From NCBI GenBank assembly GCA_951406725.2, contig OX597817.1, positions 90,334,001 to 90,398,000 on the forward strand: a DNA stretch of 64,000 nucleotides, given 5' to 3'. The notes below the pieces were generated by a model. The model was not told the DNA's origin, did no database searches, and worked only from the letters and a program-made list of their open reading frames with translations. The translations under genes were made by a program, and so were the position numbers. The stretch comes from Octopus vulgaris. Its lineage: Eukaryota. Shown piece by piece: positions 39,332 through 52,920 of the stretch; the first letter of the stretch is position 1; every line of letters starts with the position of its first letter.

Positions 39332-39544
39332 TTTACTGAGCCATTGCTCTACCTACCAAACCATCTATTACTCCATCCATCATTCATCGATGATTAATTC
39401 ACATAATCATCATCATCATCATTGTCATCATTTTACATTAACTTTCCATGCTGGCATGGAACGGATGGATCATCATCATCATCGTTGAATGCCCACCTTC
39501 CATGCTAGCATGAGTGGGACACCTGTCTATCATTATTACTATTA

Positions 39545-39773
39545 TTACCCCTTTAACATTCAGCTTTCTCTGTCAAATGTAATGCTTATTCCTTCAATTT
39601 TTTTTAATAATTAATCACGTATTATCTCATAGCTTAGAAATTTTGAAGATATGATTGTTTATTTTTGGAATGACATTGCAGAGAAGGTGTGAGATGCTAA
39701 ATCTGGCCATTTGAACATAAAACAGGTAGAATACTTGAGCCAAATATGACTAGTTTAAATGCTAAAGGTTTAA
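39545..39773. mobile_element. piggyBac-like MITE copy 4
   Basis: ttacCCCTTTaacatt...aatgctAAAGGtTTAA. Confidence 0.7.
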
Positions 39774-40191
39774 GGCGATGAACTGGCAGAATCATTACTG
39801 TGCCACACAAAATACTAAGCAGCATTTCCCCTCACTTATTGTTTTGACTACAGATGCCTTTCATCTTTTTGGGGTCAACAAAATAGGTACCAGTTGAGCA
39901 CAGGGATTGATGTAATCGACTAGTCCCTTCTTCCCAAATTTCAGGCCATGTGCTTTTAGTATGTCATCGTTGTTGTTGTCAAAGTGGCGAGCTGGCAGAA
40001 TTGTGAGCACACTGGGCAAAATGCTTAATGGCATTTTGTCCGTCTTTATGTTCTGAGTTCAAATTCTGCTGAATTCGACTTTGCTTTCCATGCTTTTGGA
40101 GTTGATAAAATGAGTAACGTTTGAGCACTGGGTCAATCTAATTGACTTATCCCCTCCCTCGAATTTGCTGGCTTTGTACCAAAATTTGAAA

Positions 40192-40192
<1 letters not shown>
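39774..40192 (+). mobile_element. two tandem family-A SINEs
   Basis: Heads ggcgatgaactggcagaatc (39774) and gtggcgagctggcagaatt (~39984); (ATT)n tail. Confidence 0.8.
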
Positions 40193-40245
<53 letters not shown>

Positions 40246-41566
40246 TATTATTATTTATCAATTCTGTTCTCTGCCTGGTTATTGCCCACTATTACACACT
40301 TATAAAAGAGCAAACTTATCACTTCTCTAGTGATGAATTACTACACCCACACATATAATGAGTAAGGCAGAAGTCATTGATATGAACAGAAGGAAATGCA
40401 AAAGTGAAAGAACACAGTGGGGAATGTAATACACCTGCAAGCTCAATAACCACAAGCAAGTTATCTCCCTTTAATCATGTGTCATATTTTTAATTCAATT
40501 TTATTATCTTGTATTTCAACCTACATGAAAATACCACTAATGTAAGGTTTGTACTAACCAGTCATAAGATCATATTATGTTTCTCACATGTCTTTGAAAT
40601 GACTGACCTGTTACTCAAACAAGGTACAAAAACATTCATATTTGGTTAATCTCAGAATTTCATCCAGATTGGATTTTAGCTAACCAAATGAAATAATTTT
40701 ATCTGTACTAATCCAGTATTGAGTACTTTTACTTTCATTTATTGCCGTTGGTGTATTTATATATATGTGTGTTTGCATGAGTTTCTGTGTGAGTCTGTGT
40801 ATACTATTAGTGTAATTTGGTGTAAACACACTGAGGAATTTACTCCCAAAGGAGAAGTAACTTCCCTAAAATGACATTATTTAACGTAAATTCAATCTTT
40901 TGATAAACAGAGCCTTGTAAAATGAATAGTTGAGTAATAATTGATTAAAACAATTGAGAGAGTACTGCCCTATGGACACTGAACACCCAAAGAATTAAAG
41001 AAAGATGTTATTGTCTAACTGAAACATTGTTTTACATAAAACATAGACAAAGAGAATCTGAAAACAGTCGAGTTCATTTGAATTGTCTTCAGTGGAATAT
41101 AAATGTTGAGGAAGATCGGAAATTTGAAAATGGAAAATCAAATGTATTCATTAAGATATTACCATACCCTGCTGGCAGAAAACTTTCCGAAAGAAACTTG
41201 TAGAGAAAAGTAAGGCTGACAGATAGCCATTCGTTTTGTATCAATATATATCTATTTATCACAGTATATTGTTTGGTAATTTAAGTTTCTGTGAAGTTCG
41301 TGGAAATAAATTTTCTATTTTCTTCCTGACTATTGCAAAGAATTACCAAGACCAGACATGATTCTGTGCTATATTGTGGTTGAATACTTGCCATAATTAT
41401 GCAGTTTTAAACTGAAAACCCTAAATCTAAACTCACATTTAATCAATCAATACTTTGAATTTGCATCTTTTTTCTTTCTCTCTCTCTTTCTTTCTTTCAT
41501 TCATTCATTCATTCATTCATTCATTCATTTATAGAATTTTTGTTAAATCTGAAGAAATTTCCATAC

Positions 41567-41626
41567 ATAATGGTTGGAAGCTTCTGTTGTCTCTGCAAAA
41601 ATCTTAACGGCTGGAAACTGAACAGT
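41567..41626 (-). CDS. candidate coding exon (60 nt, phase 0-0)
   Basis: ctttctactcaatcttccag acceptor, gtatgg donor, TVQFPAVKIFAETTEASNHY. Confidence 0.4.
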
Positions 41627-42429
41627 CTGGAAGATTGAGTAGAAAGCAGCTTATTGATTATCATTTTTATAAGTTAAGGATTTGGTAAAGTAATAAATAA
41701 GATAGCTGATGGATTTGTCAGAATAATGTTCATAGACTACAAGCTGATTGATTCTGTTTATCCATTGTTGTTGCTGGTAAGTTTCTTTCTAAGCATATTA
41801 AAAGGAGGTACAGTGCCCATTAAGCCCTTCCTGATAAGGTTGGTGCATCAATGTTTCAAATTGAACATCTGTTGGGAAAACATATACAAATCTATCAATA
41901 TACAGGAATGGAGTGTTGGCAGGGAAAATAATGAGGGATGGCTATATTTGGAATGTGTTAGATCATAGATCTGTTTTTTAAAGCCAACTAAGAACTACAC
42001 TGCTCAACAACAATAACAATAAAAGGAAGGATACATTAAATAATATAGACTTAGGCAAGATAGTTCTGGTTGGAGCATATTTGATCACAGGGTAGCTTGA
42101 TCAAAACTGACAAGGAGTTTAACAGAAGCAAAAGCTAAGACTTATGAAATAACTATTAGTTACATAAAGTTCATTGCAGGTGGCAGCACTGATTTGTACA
42201 TGACAACAAATTTAAGTCATGTTCTGAATATTGAATATTGGTACAGACAGGAGTATTGGATTGAACTGAAGTGGTATGAATTTGAAAGTGGTATGTATTT
42301 TTTGCTACTAGTTGAATCTGGAAGAAAGGACATCACCCATGAGGTGTGCAGACCCTTCAGGACCGGTAATGAAGATGCTATTAATGTTTTGTTTAAACTT
42401 CTGCAGGATAACACCTGCAGGAAAACATG

Positions 42430-43518
42430 AACAGGAAGAAGATTCCAGTGGGCCAAAGATCTGAGGGGAAAGGAATAGTAATGGTAATAATGGTTAGTGT
42501 AGCACTAAGGAAGTTGGTAGCACAAAGTGGGGATGAATGAGTGGGCAGGGAGTGCTTAAGTGGTGTGAGAACAAGATTAGCCAGCTCCAAGAATCAGACC
42601 ATTACAGTAGCAATAGAAAAGACAGAAAGGAGACAGTACACATGAGGGCCAGAGACTGGAGCATGTTCATAACTGATTTAGTCAAGTGGCCTTTCCCTGG
42701 ATGCTGTCTAAGATATCTGTGTATAGCAACAATATTATTCCAGATGTGCGAGCAGTACTCCATTGTGGACCTCACTTGAGCTTTGTAAAGTTCCAGCAGC
42801 TGTTGTGGGCTTGAATATATTCTGGCTCTGAAGATGAACTCCCAGCTATGCTAAAGTTGTGCTTTCTTCAAGAAAGATTCTCAGTGATTGTGAAGGTTCT
42901 AACTGAGATCAGTCCATGTTTAATGTGTGTGTGATGCACTGGTATTTTCTGAAATGGGTAGTGCTTGAGATTTTTTCTTTTTTGCTGAAAAAATACCAAA
43001 GCTGAAAGGCCCCACTGAAGGATTTTCTCAAGGTCCCTTTTTATGCAAGGGTTAGTGCATCTAGGCTGAATGTAGATGATTCATAGTTGAGGAAAGTTAG
43101 GGAAGAATAAAGAATTGTGCCATCCACATAAAAAAAAATGGGTGTAATTAGATTTATTAGCATGCCGGGTGTTGATGTATAGAAAAAGGAGAGAGATGGG
43201 GAAAAACTAAACCCTAGGGAACACTATAGCTAACTGAGAATGGGGCAGAAAGAGTTCCATCAACATATGTTGCTGGGGTGTTATCAAGCAAGAAGCGACT
43301 AATCCAAGAGATGAGAGATGGGAGGAGCCTACAGATGAGATGTTTGGAAGGAGATTTAAATGCCAGACATGGCTGAGGGCTTTGCTGATGACTTGAGCAA
43401 TGCCATTGCTTTTACCAGACTTCTCTAAATTGAAAGCTCATTGGTGAATGACATGAAAAAGGAGGTTACTTGTGGATCTGGCTCCATAGAAACAATTTGA
43501 TGAAGAAAGGGAGAGGGA

Positions 43519-43579
<61 letters not shown>

Positions 43580-44040
43580 CAAGTTATTTCTAAATGTCAT
43601 TGCTAATAGCTATCTCTATTACTTTGGAGATGTAATAGGTAAGAGCATTAGGATGAGAATTGATTGAGTCAGAGGGGTCACCTCTTTTTGAGGGGTGAAT
43701 GGAACATGCTGTATCATGCTTGGAAATGTTGGGGACTGTCCCAATAGAAAGCAATAGATTTAAAAGCTTGGTGAATATAGAAGTAAATTTGGGGGCAGAG
43801 TGCTTGAGTGTAAGGAAAAAACATTGTCAGACAGTTGCTCTGTTTGCTTGAAGTGACTGGAGGTACTTACACACTTAACATATGTGTATGTCAAGGGACA
43901 GAGAACCTGGTGAAGTGGGGTAGATTTAGTGGGGTTAGCAAAGGGTCTGCAGTGTAGAATTGGAAGCAATGTGGAGGTTTTCACCATAGGGCAACTACTT
44001 ATAGAGCTATCACAGTTAAAAAGAGGAGGAAAATAAGACT
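42430..44040 (-). mobile_element. CR1/L2-group LINE RT and 3' region, decayed, with (GA)n insert
   Basis: Reverse complement: LYKAQVRSTMEYCSHIW (~42742-42792), PSLISWISRFL..VDG (~43260-43325). Confidence 0.75.
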
Positions 44041-45194
44041 CCACTAAGATGCCAGAGTATTGGATGAAGATGAAGGGGATCTAGTGGGAAATACTGGGCA
44101 GAGATGAAGGTGGTGTAGGAGGTATATTGCATAGAGATGTAGTTGGTGTAGATGAAATATTGTATAGAGATGATAGTTGAATAGAGGTGAAAATGTTATA
44201 GGAGCATTGGAGAGAGAAGGCAACATAGAAAGGGGTATTAGAGAGAAAAGGTGGTATAGAAGAGAGTATTAGATAGCCATAAAGGTGGTATGGGAAGGAG
44301 TATTGGATGGAGATGAAGTTGATATGGTGGAAAAGGAGAAACAATTATAAAGTTAATTAATACATTGCATAGCTTTTAAGTTTGGACTCAAATGATAAAG
44401 ATAAGATTAATTAAGGATTTAATAAACTAGATAATGAGATAACCACTAACTAAAAGATTGCTCATCATAGTGAAATTACTTGAGGAAGTCATTTATTCAC
44501 AGACTATTGATGTTGATGAAGATGATGATGATGGCAATGACAAATGTGATGTTGATGCAGATGGCAATAATGGCATAGTAATGATGACATTGGTGGATGA
44601 TGATAATTATGATGATTACAGGGACAAGCATAATAGTAATGTTGATAAACTTGATGACATCATTGAAAGTGCTGATATTTATCATGACAAATTTAACAAT
44701 GATGACAATTGTGCTGCAGATAATAATGACGATAAACCATAACGATAAAGATGCTGATGAAATGATGACAGTAATTTTGAGATGGTGGTGTTTAAGATGT
44801 TGATGATAGTATAAATGATAATGATGATAACAGTGATGTAGATATGGTGTTGATGATGATGATGATGATGATGATAAAGAAGAGGAGAAAGATGATGTGG
44901 TGCTATTATAATGATAATGATGACAATATTGCTGCTGACGATGAAGTGGAGATCTTGATGAGGAAGGTGAGGATAGCGATGAAGAGATGACGATAATGAT
45001 GGTGATGATGGTAATAATGATAATTGCAATGATATGAATTGTTGCTGTAGCTATTGTTTAGGTCAGGGCAGATCAAAGACCTGTTGAAGATAATAATGTT
45101 GATAAAGGTAATGATGGTTCTGATGCTCTAAAGCATGATCCTGAATATTACAGTCATAATGTCATGCCTATTCCCTATTGCTCACACAACAAAG

Positions 45195-45232
<38 letters not shown>

Positions 45233-45630
45233 GTCTTTTCATATGATAAACAATGTGACACAAGCTGATTACACTAATGAGTTAATGTTTAGTATTGCCA
45301 CTATCATCATTATCATCATCATCATCATCATCCTCGTCATCATTTTTATTATTATTGCAAATATGTCTCCTTATTGCGCTTGTGGCAAATCAAAGAAATA
45401 ATTATTTTGCTATTACTCCATTGCAAAGCATGGATCTAATGTAGTTCTTTTTTTTCGGTCTTCAGACTAACTGTCAAGCCTTTATTATCATTGTTATCAA
45501 TATTATTGGTTGTGGGAAAGTGGCAAGCTACCAGAATCATTTGCACTCTGGGCAAAATCCTTAGCAGAATCTCATCATCTTTATATACTGTGTTCAAATT
45601 CTTTTGAACACAGTATATAAACAATATTAA

Positions 45631-46028
45631 GGCATAGGAGTGGCTGTGTGGTAAGTAGCTTGCTTACCAACCACATGATTCCGGGTTCAGTCCCACTGCG
45701 TGGCAAGTGTCTTCTACTATAGCCTCGGGCCGACCAAAGCTTTATGAGTGGATTTGGTAGACGGAAACTGAAAGAAGCCCGTTGTATATATATATATATT
45801 TATATATGTATGGGTGTGTATATGTTTATGTGTCTGTGTTTGTCCCCCCTAACATCGCTTGACAACCGATGTTGGTATGTTTACGTCCCCGTAACTTAGC
45901 GGTTCAGCAAAAGAGACCAATAGAATAAGTATTAGGCTTACAATGAATAAGTCCTGGGGTTGATTTGCTTGACTAAAGGTGGTGCTCCAGCATGGCCACA
46001 GTCAAATGACTGAAACAAGTGAAAGAGA
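45631..46028 (+). mobile_element. family-B SINE, near full length
   Basis: ggcataggagtggctgtgtggtaag...gtcaaatgactgaaacaagt. Confidence 0.9.
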
Positions 46029-46039
46029 ATAATAGTAAT

Positions 46040-46560
46040 ATGCAGGAAAGGAGACGAAAGTATCAATTACATTTTGAGTGAGTGCAGTACAGTAGCACAA
46101 AAGGAATACAAGAGCAGACATGACTGTGTAGGCAAAGGAATGCTTTGGGATGCAAGTCGAGTATGTGGCTTCAAAACAACAGAAAAGTGGTATGAACACA
46201 AACCAGAGGCTGTAATAGAAATTGAGATTTACAAGATTTTGTGGACTTCACCATAAAGACTGACCATACTAATTGGGCAAAAAGACCAGACATGATTATA
46301 GAAGACAAAATAAACAAACAGTGCAAGATCATAGATTCTGAAATTCCCTATGATAGCAGAGTTAATACTAGAGAAATGGAAAAAAATTGAAATACCAGGA
46401 TCTAACCAGAGAGCTGAGAGACTGTGGAAGACCAAGAAAAACAATTATTCCAGTAGTAATATGTGCACTTTCACAACACTCAAAAGGTTACCAAAAAGAC
46501 TGAAAGATATTATTGGAATTGAAACTTGCATCGTCAACCTGCAGAAAAGAATCCCATGAA
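46040..46560 (+). mobile_element. R4/Dong-like (RLE) LINE 3' fragment
   Basis: SECSTVAQKEYKSRHDCVG...WYEHKPEAVIE....KILW...KRPDMI..NLQK. Confidence 0.8.
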
Positions 46561-46658
46561 ACATTCTTGACATTTAAGGTAACTTAAATAACTGTTAACT
46601 AAATTAGCATGCACTCATGTAATAATAATAATGATAAATAATAATAGTAGTAGTAGTA

Positions 46659-46722
<64 letters not shown>

Positions 46723-46723
<1 letters not shown>

Positions 46724-47161
46724 TGATCGACATGAGCATCCCCTGTGATCATAATATCTCAGCGAAAGAGTTTGACAATATAAAGACCTACTCATTGAAA
46801 TTGAGAAAATGTGGCATCTCAAGGCGGTTACAATACCAGTGATCGTAGGAGCACTAGGAATGATCAAGAAGGGAACCGAAAATTATATGAGAATGATCCC
46901 TGGCTTACCATCCCTGCAAGAAGTGCAAAAGATTGTCTTAACTGGTACATCACACGTATTGAGAAGAGCATTGTCGATGTGAGAACTGTTGCTGCTCATG
47001 CATTTTAATTTAACTTTAAAAAAAAAAAAAAAAAAAAAAATGAACGCACTACTGAGTTTGGTTTAATGGCCTACCAATATACACTATGAGTTTCTTTGCC
47101 CTAGGAGTCGGGAAGACACTTGGCAAGAAATGGAAGAAAATTTGAAAGAAGAAAAAAAAAA

Positions 47162-47162
<1 letters not shown>
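46723..47162 (+). mobile_element. R4/Dong-like LINE 3' end between (TAA)n tracts
   Basis: IDMSIPCDHNIS...YKDLLIEIEKMWHLKAVTIPVIVGALG...VQKIVLTGTSHVLRRALSM*. Confidence 0.85.
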
Positions 47163-47210
<48 letters not shown>

Positions 47211-47527
47211 GGAAACAGGAAACAGCTACTGTGGGATGAGATAGGAATGTTATGGGACATGAGGAAAGCAATGGTGATACCGGTGGTAACTGGAGCAGTA
47301 GGAGCAGTTTCCAAGGGCTTTGAAAAACATATTAAGAATATTGGACCAGCTGTCAGGCTCGAGGTCATCCAGAAGACAGCACTGTTGGGTACAGCTCACA
47401 TTCTAAGGACAGTATTGTCTCTTTGAGTCACAGGAAAAGGAACTACTTGAAACCTTTGGTGATTTGTTGTTGCCTGCTTTCAAGTAAAGAATAACTGGTT
47501 ATTAAGAACTATCTGAGAGGCCTTCAT
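47211..47527 (+). mobile_element. R4/Dong-like LINE 3' end (different family) between (TAA)n tracts
   Basis: EIGMLWDMRKAMVIPVVTGAVG...IQKTALLGTAHILRTVLSL*. Confidence 0.85.
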
Positions 47528-47926
47528 AATAATAATAATTCTTTCTACTATATTTTTTTCTCTTATTTTAATTGTTTCAGTCATTTGACTGCAGCCATGC
47601 AAGAGCATTGCCTTTTAATCAAAGAAATCAACCCCAGGACTTATTCTTTGTAAGCCTGTTACTTATCATATTAGTCACTTTAACTGAACTGTTAAGTTAC
47701 GGGGATGTAAACACCAGCATCAGTTGTCAAACGATGGTGGCAGGAACAAACACAGACACAAATACACACATCAATATATATATATATATGACTGGTACTT
47801 ATTTCATCAACCCCGAGAGGATGAAAGGCAAAGTTGATCTTGGTGGCTTTTGAGTTCAGAATATAAAGACAGATGAAATGCCACTAAGTATTTTGTCCAG
47901 CATGCTTACAATTCTGCCAGCTTGCT

Positions 47927-47972
<46 letters not shown>

Positions 47973-48762
47973 CAGCAGTAGCAGCAGCAGCAGTAGTAGT
48001 AGTAAAAGTAGCAGCAGCAGTGGTAGTAAATAAATAGTACAGAAATTCCAAAATTCAATTAGACTATCCTGCATTGCTTCTTCAACAAAAGCCATCAAGT
48101 TTCACTTGTTTGAAACTGATTAAAACCAGTAAAAAAGAAAAAGAAAAATGCCAAAAAAACTGTTAGTCTAAAAGAAATGCCATGATATATATGGAAAGTG
48201 AAAGGTGTAATGATCCCATTTGCTGTAAGCAACTGAACGCACCAAACATGACATGATTTATGTTGGTTGCACAACAGGAAAATTAAACAAAAGCTTTAAT
48301 GGGCATAGGTATGATGTCAAGCACAATAACACAAGTTTGACAAAATTTGCTGAGTATTTTATTACAGATGACTGTATCTTTGACAAACAACTTAAAGTGT
48401 AGGTTCTCAGAAAATATTCTGACTTTCATTTTCTCAAAACACAAGGACAAATATGTCTGTAAACTACTAGAGTTCTACCTTATGGAGGTGGGAATGAACA
48501 AAATGAGAGAAGAGTTCATCAGATTTATATAAAACTCTTTGACTAACAATTCTGTCACCCTTTTTATCTTTTTTGTCAAGAAAGGATTGTAGGATAGTCT
48601 GGTAGAATTTTTGAATTTCTGCATTACCATGTCTTTTTCTGTATTTGTTTAGCAAGATTCTTGATGTGAAATCGTGTGTTGAAACAGATATTGTTATACT
48701 TGGGGATGGGCAAATTTTGCCCATTAAGCATGTGCACTATACATTTAAACTGAAATAATAAA

Positions 48763-49176
48763 GGCGCAGGAGTGGCTGTGTGGTAAGTAGCTTGCTAACC
48801 AACCACATGGTTCCAGGTTCAGTCCCACTGCATGGCTTCTTGGGCAAGTGTCTTCTGCTATAGCCCCGGGCCGACCAATGCCTTGTGAGTGGATTTGGTA
48901 GATGGAAACTGAAAGAAGCCTGTCGTATATATGTATATATATATGTATGTGTGTGTGTGTTTGTGTGTTTGTGTTTGTCCCCCTAGCATTGCTTGACAAC
49001 TGATACTGGTGTGTTTACGTCCCCGTCACTTAGCGGTTCGGCAAAAGAGACCGATAGAATAAGTACTGGGCTTACAAAGAATAAGTCCTGGGGTCGATTT
49101 GCTCGACTAAAGGTGGTGCTCCAGCATGGCCACAGTCAAATGACAAACAAGTAAAAGAGTAAAAGAGTAAAAGAGT
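48763..49176 (+). mobile_element. family-B SINE, full length
   Basis: ggcgcaggagtggctgtgtgg head, (gtaaaaga)n tail. Confidence 0.9.
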
Positions 49177-49192
49177 AATAATAATAATAATA

Positions 49193-49405
49193 ATTTCTAC
49201 TAAAAGCACAAGGCCTGAAATTTGTGGGGAGGAGACTGATCGATTATACAGATGCCAGTGTTTCACTGGTACTTAATTTATCAACCCTGGAAGGATGAAA
49301 AGCAAAGTCAGCCTCGGCAGAATTTGAAATCAAAATGTAGCGATGGGTGAAATATTGCTAAGCATTTCACCTGGCATGCTAACTATTTTGGCAGCTTACC
49401 ACTGT
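49193..49405 (-). mobile_element. family-A SINE
   Basis: Reverse complement of family A; further copies at ~47790-47927, 51488-51712, 51770-51962 (-) and 56953-57147 (+). Confidence 0.8.
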
Positions 49406-49765
49406 AAATAATAATAATAATAATAATTATAATAATTTCGTTTTTGTATTTGGTTTGCCTACACACATACATACATATGTATATACGCACACACACTGAC
49501 GCACATGCATGTGTACAAAAAAAAAGAAAAAAGAATACAATTCCAATAACGCAAAGAGTCAATGACTATTGAAAAGGCTGCAAGTTGCAATGAAAATTTT
49601 AGTAAAAACAAATAAATAAATGAGTAGAAATTGGTGAGTGGGTTAAATTAATAAGGCACTAAAAGAGAATGACTCCCCCCCAATGATTCTGCCATCTTGA
49701 TGTCGTAGTAATAATAATAACAATAATAATAATAATGATGATGATGATGATAAAATAATAATAAT

Positions 49766-51246
49766 GGATTTACTAAAGAAATAAACATGAGATTTGGTTT
49801 AAAAAAATGTGCCAAAGCAACCTTGAAAAGAGGAAAACTAGTTTAGAGTAGCAACATTACACTAGATAAAGCAAATGAAATAAGAAATATACAAATACTT
49901 AGGAATCAATGAACTAGATACGATACAATACACACAAATGAAAGAGAAAATAAAAAAAGAATACTATAGACGAGTTAGATTAATACTGAAAAATGTGAAA
50001 AATGTGATAAACAAGATAATAGGTATCAACACCCTAGCTACAATATCCTTAACTGGACATTAAATGAACTAATCAAAATAGACAGGAAAATAAGAAAAAT
50101 AATGACAGGATTTAGGATGCACCACCCAAAATCTGACATAGAAAGGCTATATATACAACATATTGAAGGTGGTAGAGGCCTTATACAACTAGAAAACTAT
50201 TACATATAACCACCATAGGACTACAAAAATATCTACTCAGAAGCAAGGAAAACTAATACAAATAACCACAAAATGCAAACAAAACAAAAAACTATTTTCA
50301 GTCTTTAAGGAAGTTGACAAATACAAAAAAGAAGTCATAATACTAAACAACTTCTGAAGAAAAAGAAGAAACAACAAAAGCTGTAAAACAACTGAAGTCC
50401 AAATTGAAACTGGAACAGCAACAGATCATAAAATGATGGCAAGAAAAGCCCCTTCATGGCAAATATTGGGTTAAACTAAATGCAAAAGAAATAGACAAAA
50501 CAAAATCCCAACAATGGCTGAGAAGCTCAGGACACAAAGCAGAGACTGAAGGATTTTTAATTGCAGCACAAGACCAAAGCCTCCCCACCAGAAATTACCA
50601 AAAAAAATACAATGAAAAGAAACATAACAAGTAACTGCAGAATATGTAGAGATGGACAAGAAACAATAGACCATATTGTCTCTGGCTACCCAGTCCTGGC
50701 TAAGAAGGAATATATTCACAGACATGACGGAGTTGGGACCTACATATGCTGGAAGCTATGCTAACACTATGGAATAACAACAGCAAAAGATGGTATAGGT
50801 ACACCCCCAAAAAGGTCACAGAAAATAAGAAAGCAACCATACTATGGGATATGCCATTACACACGGAGAAATTAAGGCCAATAGGCCAGATACAGTTGTC
50901 AGAGATCAAGATAAAAAAACTTTCTAATTGATGTATCAATACCAACAGATGACAATGTTTCTCTAAAAGAAATGGGGAAACTTTCAAAATACAAAGACCT
51001 GGAAATAGAGGTAAATCAAATGTGGAGTCTAAAAATAGAAACAATTCCTATCATAATAGGTGCACTTGGTACAATTAAAAAATATTCAGACAAATACATA
51101 ATAAAAACACCAGGACTAACAAATATATATAGCATACAGAAAATAGCACTACTAGGCATTGCACACATCCTATGTAAAACCCTTAAGTGCATCACAACAA
51201 ATCACAACACATACCCAAGGCACACAGAGTGAAAAAATAAGAGTAC
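49766..51246 (+). mobile_element. R4/Dong-like LINE, 3' 1.5 kb (end of RT, CCHC, RLE)
   Basis: MRFGLKKCA, YKYLGI, MHHPKSDIERLY..EGGRGL, ETEGFLIAAQDQ, CRIC....ETIDHIVSG, YIHRHD, ILWD, NRPD, KYKDLEIE, IPIIIGALG, IQKIALLG; flanked by (TAA)n. Confidence 0.9.
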
Positions 51247-51713
51247 TAAATAATAATAATAATAAAGCTGAAGTGAAGACCAAATATATAGTATATGCTT
51301 TTAAGTTGCAAAATATGACCATCCCATGTCTTTTTCATTTTTCATTATTCTTGTCTTATTTTGAATGTGAGGAGGAAATATGTAAAAAACAATCTGTTTT
51401 TTATTATTACACATTGCATTCTTTTAATAGTGTATTTACCTTAGTAAAGAGTTATGTCAATCTTCATACTTTAGTAATAATGATAATTCTTTCTACTAAA
51501 GGTACAAGGCCCAAAATTTCAGGTGTTTTGGGGGAGGGGGCTAGTTAATTACATTGACCCCAGTGTTCAATTAGTACTTATTTTATTGACTTCAAAAGGA
51601 TGAAAGGTTTGCCTTTCATCCTTGACAGAATTTGAACTCAGAACATAAGAATGGAGGAAATGCTGCTAAGCATTTTACCTGACATGCTAATGGTTCTGCT
51701 AGGTCACTGTTTT

Positions 51714-51765
<52 letters not shown>

Positions 51766-52559
51766 TTTCTTTCCAATTTTGGCACAAGCCAGCAATTTTT
51801 AAAGGAGTGGGCCAGTACTTGACTGGTACTTTTCTTTATTGACCATGAAAGATGAAAAACAAAGTTTATCTCTGGGAATTTCAACTGAGAATGCAAAGAG
51901 CTGGAAGAAATACTGCTATGCATTTTGTCCAACCCTTAATGATTCTGCTTGCTTGCTGCCCCTATAATAACAATTATTATAATAACACTAATTATTGTAC
52001 TGTTTGATAATTCCATCTATATCATAACTATATTATCAAAAAAAAAAAAATTCATAAAGTTATTTTCCTTGTTTGCCTTTAGATTATAAAGAACCCTAGA
52101 AGGAGTTTTTATCACTAAAAGCATAGAAAACCTTAGTTAATCATTGATTTGTAGTCCCAATATGCAGTGTTTTTGGAGAATATGTAAACACCATTGTCTT
52201 TAGATATCATAGAATTATGCCTGTACACTACATTTGTTTTGACATTGTAGTGGTAATTGTTTTGGCATTTCTGGTGTTGTTTTAGTGTTTTAGAATACAA
52301 ATGTTTACATCTTGCATACCTTCACATGAGAAAGCAATGTGGTACAAGCAGTGAAGATTCTTGCCATTCCTTTATCAACAAATCATTTGCTGGCTCTGTG
52401 CTTTCAAAGCCATGTAAAATAAGAGATCCTTTACTTTTAAAACTAGTTAAGGGTTAGGCATCCAACTGTAAAACAATGCCTCAATAACATGTATCTCTCA
52501 AACATAGCCTACCATGCATAAACAGATGTAAAAATGAAAGCTAGCAAGTGGTCACAGCC

Positions 52560-52920
52560 ATATCCCAGCATATCAGAGCCACACTGTTCATACAGAAATA
52601 TCTAGCAGATAATTCTTCATTATAACATTGAAGTTGCCCAGTGAACATAGCTGCCAACTCGATTTTGTCTGTGGATGTATTCTATTCTAATTTTGCAAAG
52701 ATTGGGAGACCTGAAATGATATAGTGAATTGTCTCATTGTATAAATTGCATCATCCACATTTGATGCTCAAATATTGTTTCCTTATTTTCTTCTTATAAT
52801 TAGTTGTGGTTAGGAATTGACCCAGTGCAGGTAAAGTCAGATATTTTTTTTCTCTGCATTTAGCTTAGAGTTTTTGAGTTATTGCTTACTTTCATTCTGA
52901 CATACTTCTCTGTCTAGCCT
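52560..52920 (-). mobile_element. R4/Dong-like LINE fragment
   Basis: Reverse complement: KCG.CNLYNETIHYIISG...YIHRQNRVGSYVHW; (TTA)n adjacent. Confidence 0.65.

Noticed and set aside
45631-45705. tRNA gene-like A/B boxes
   Set aside because: These are SINE heads followed by SINE body; no complete cloverleaf.
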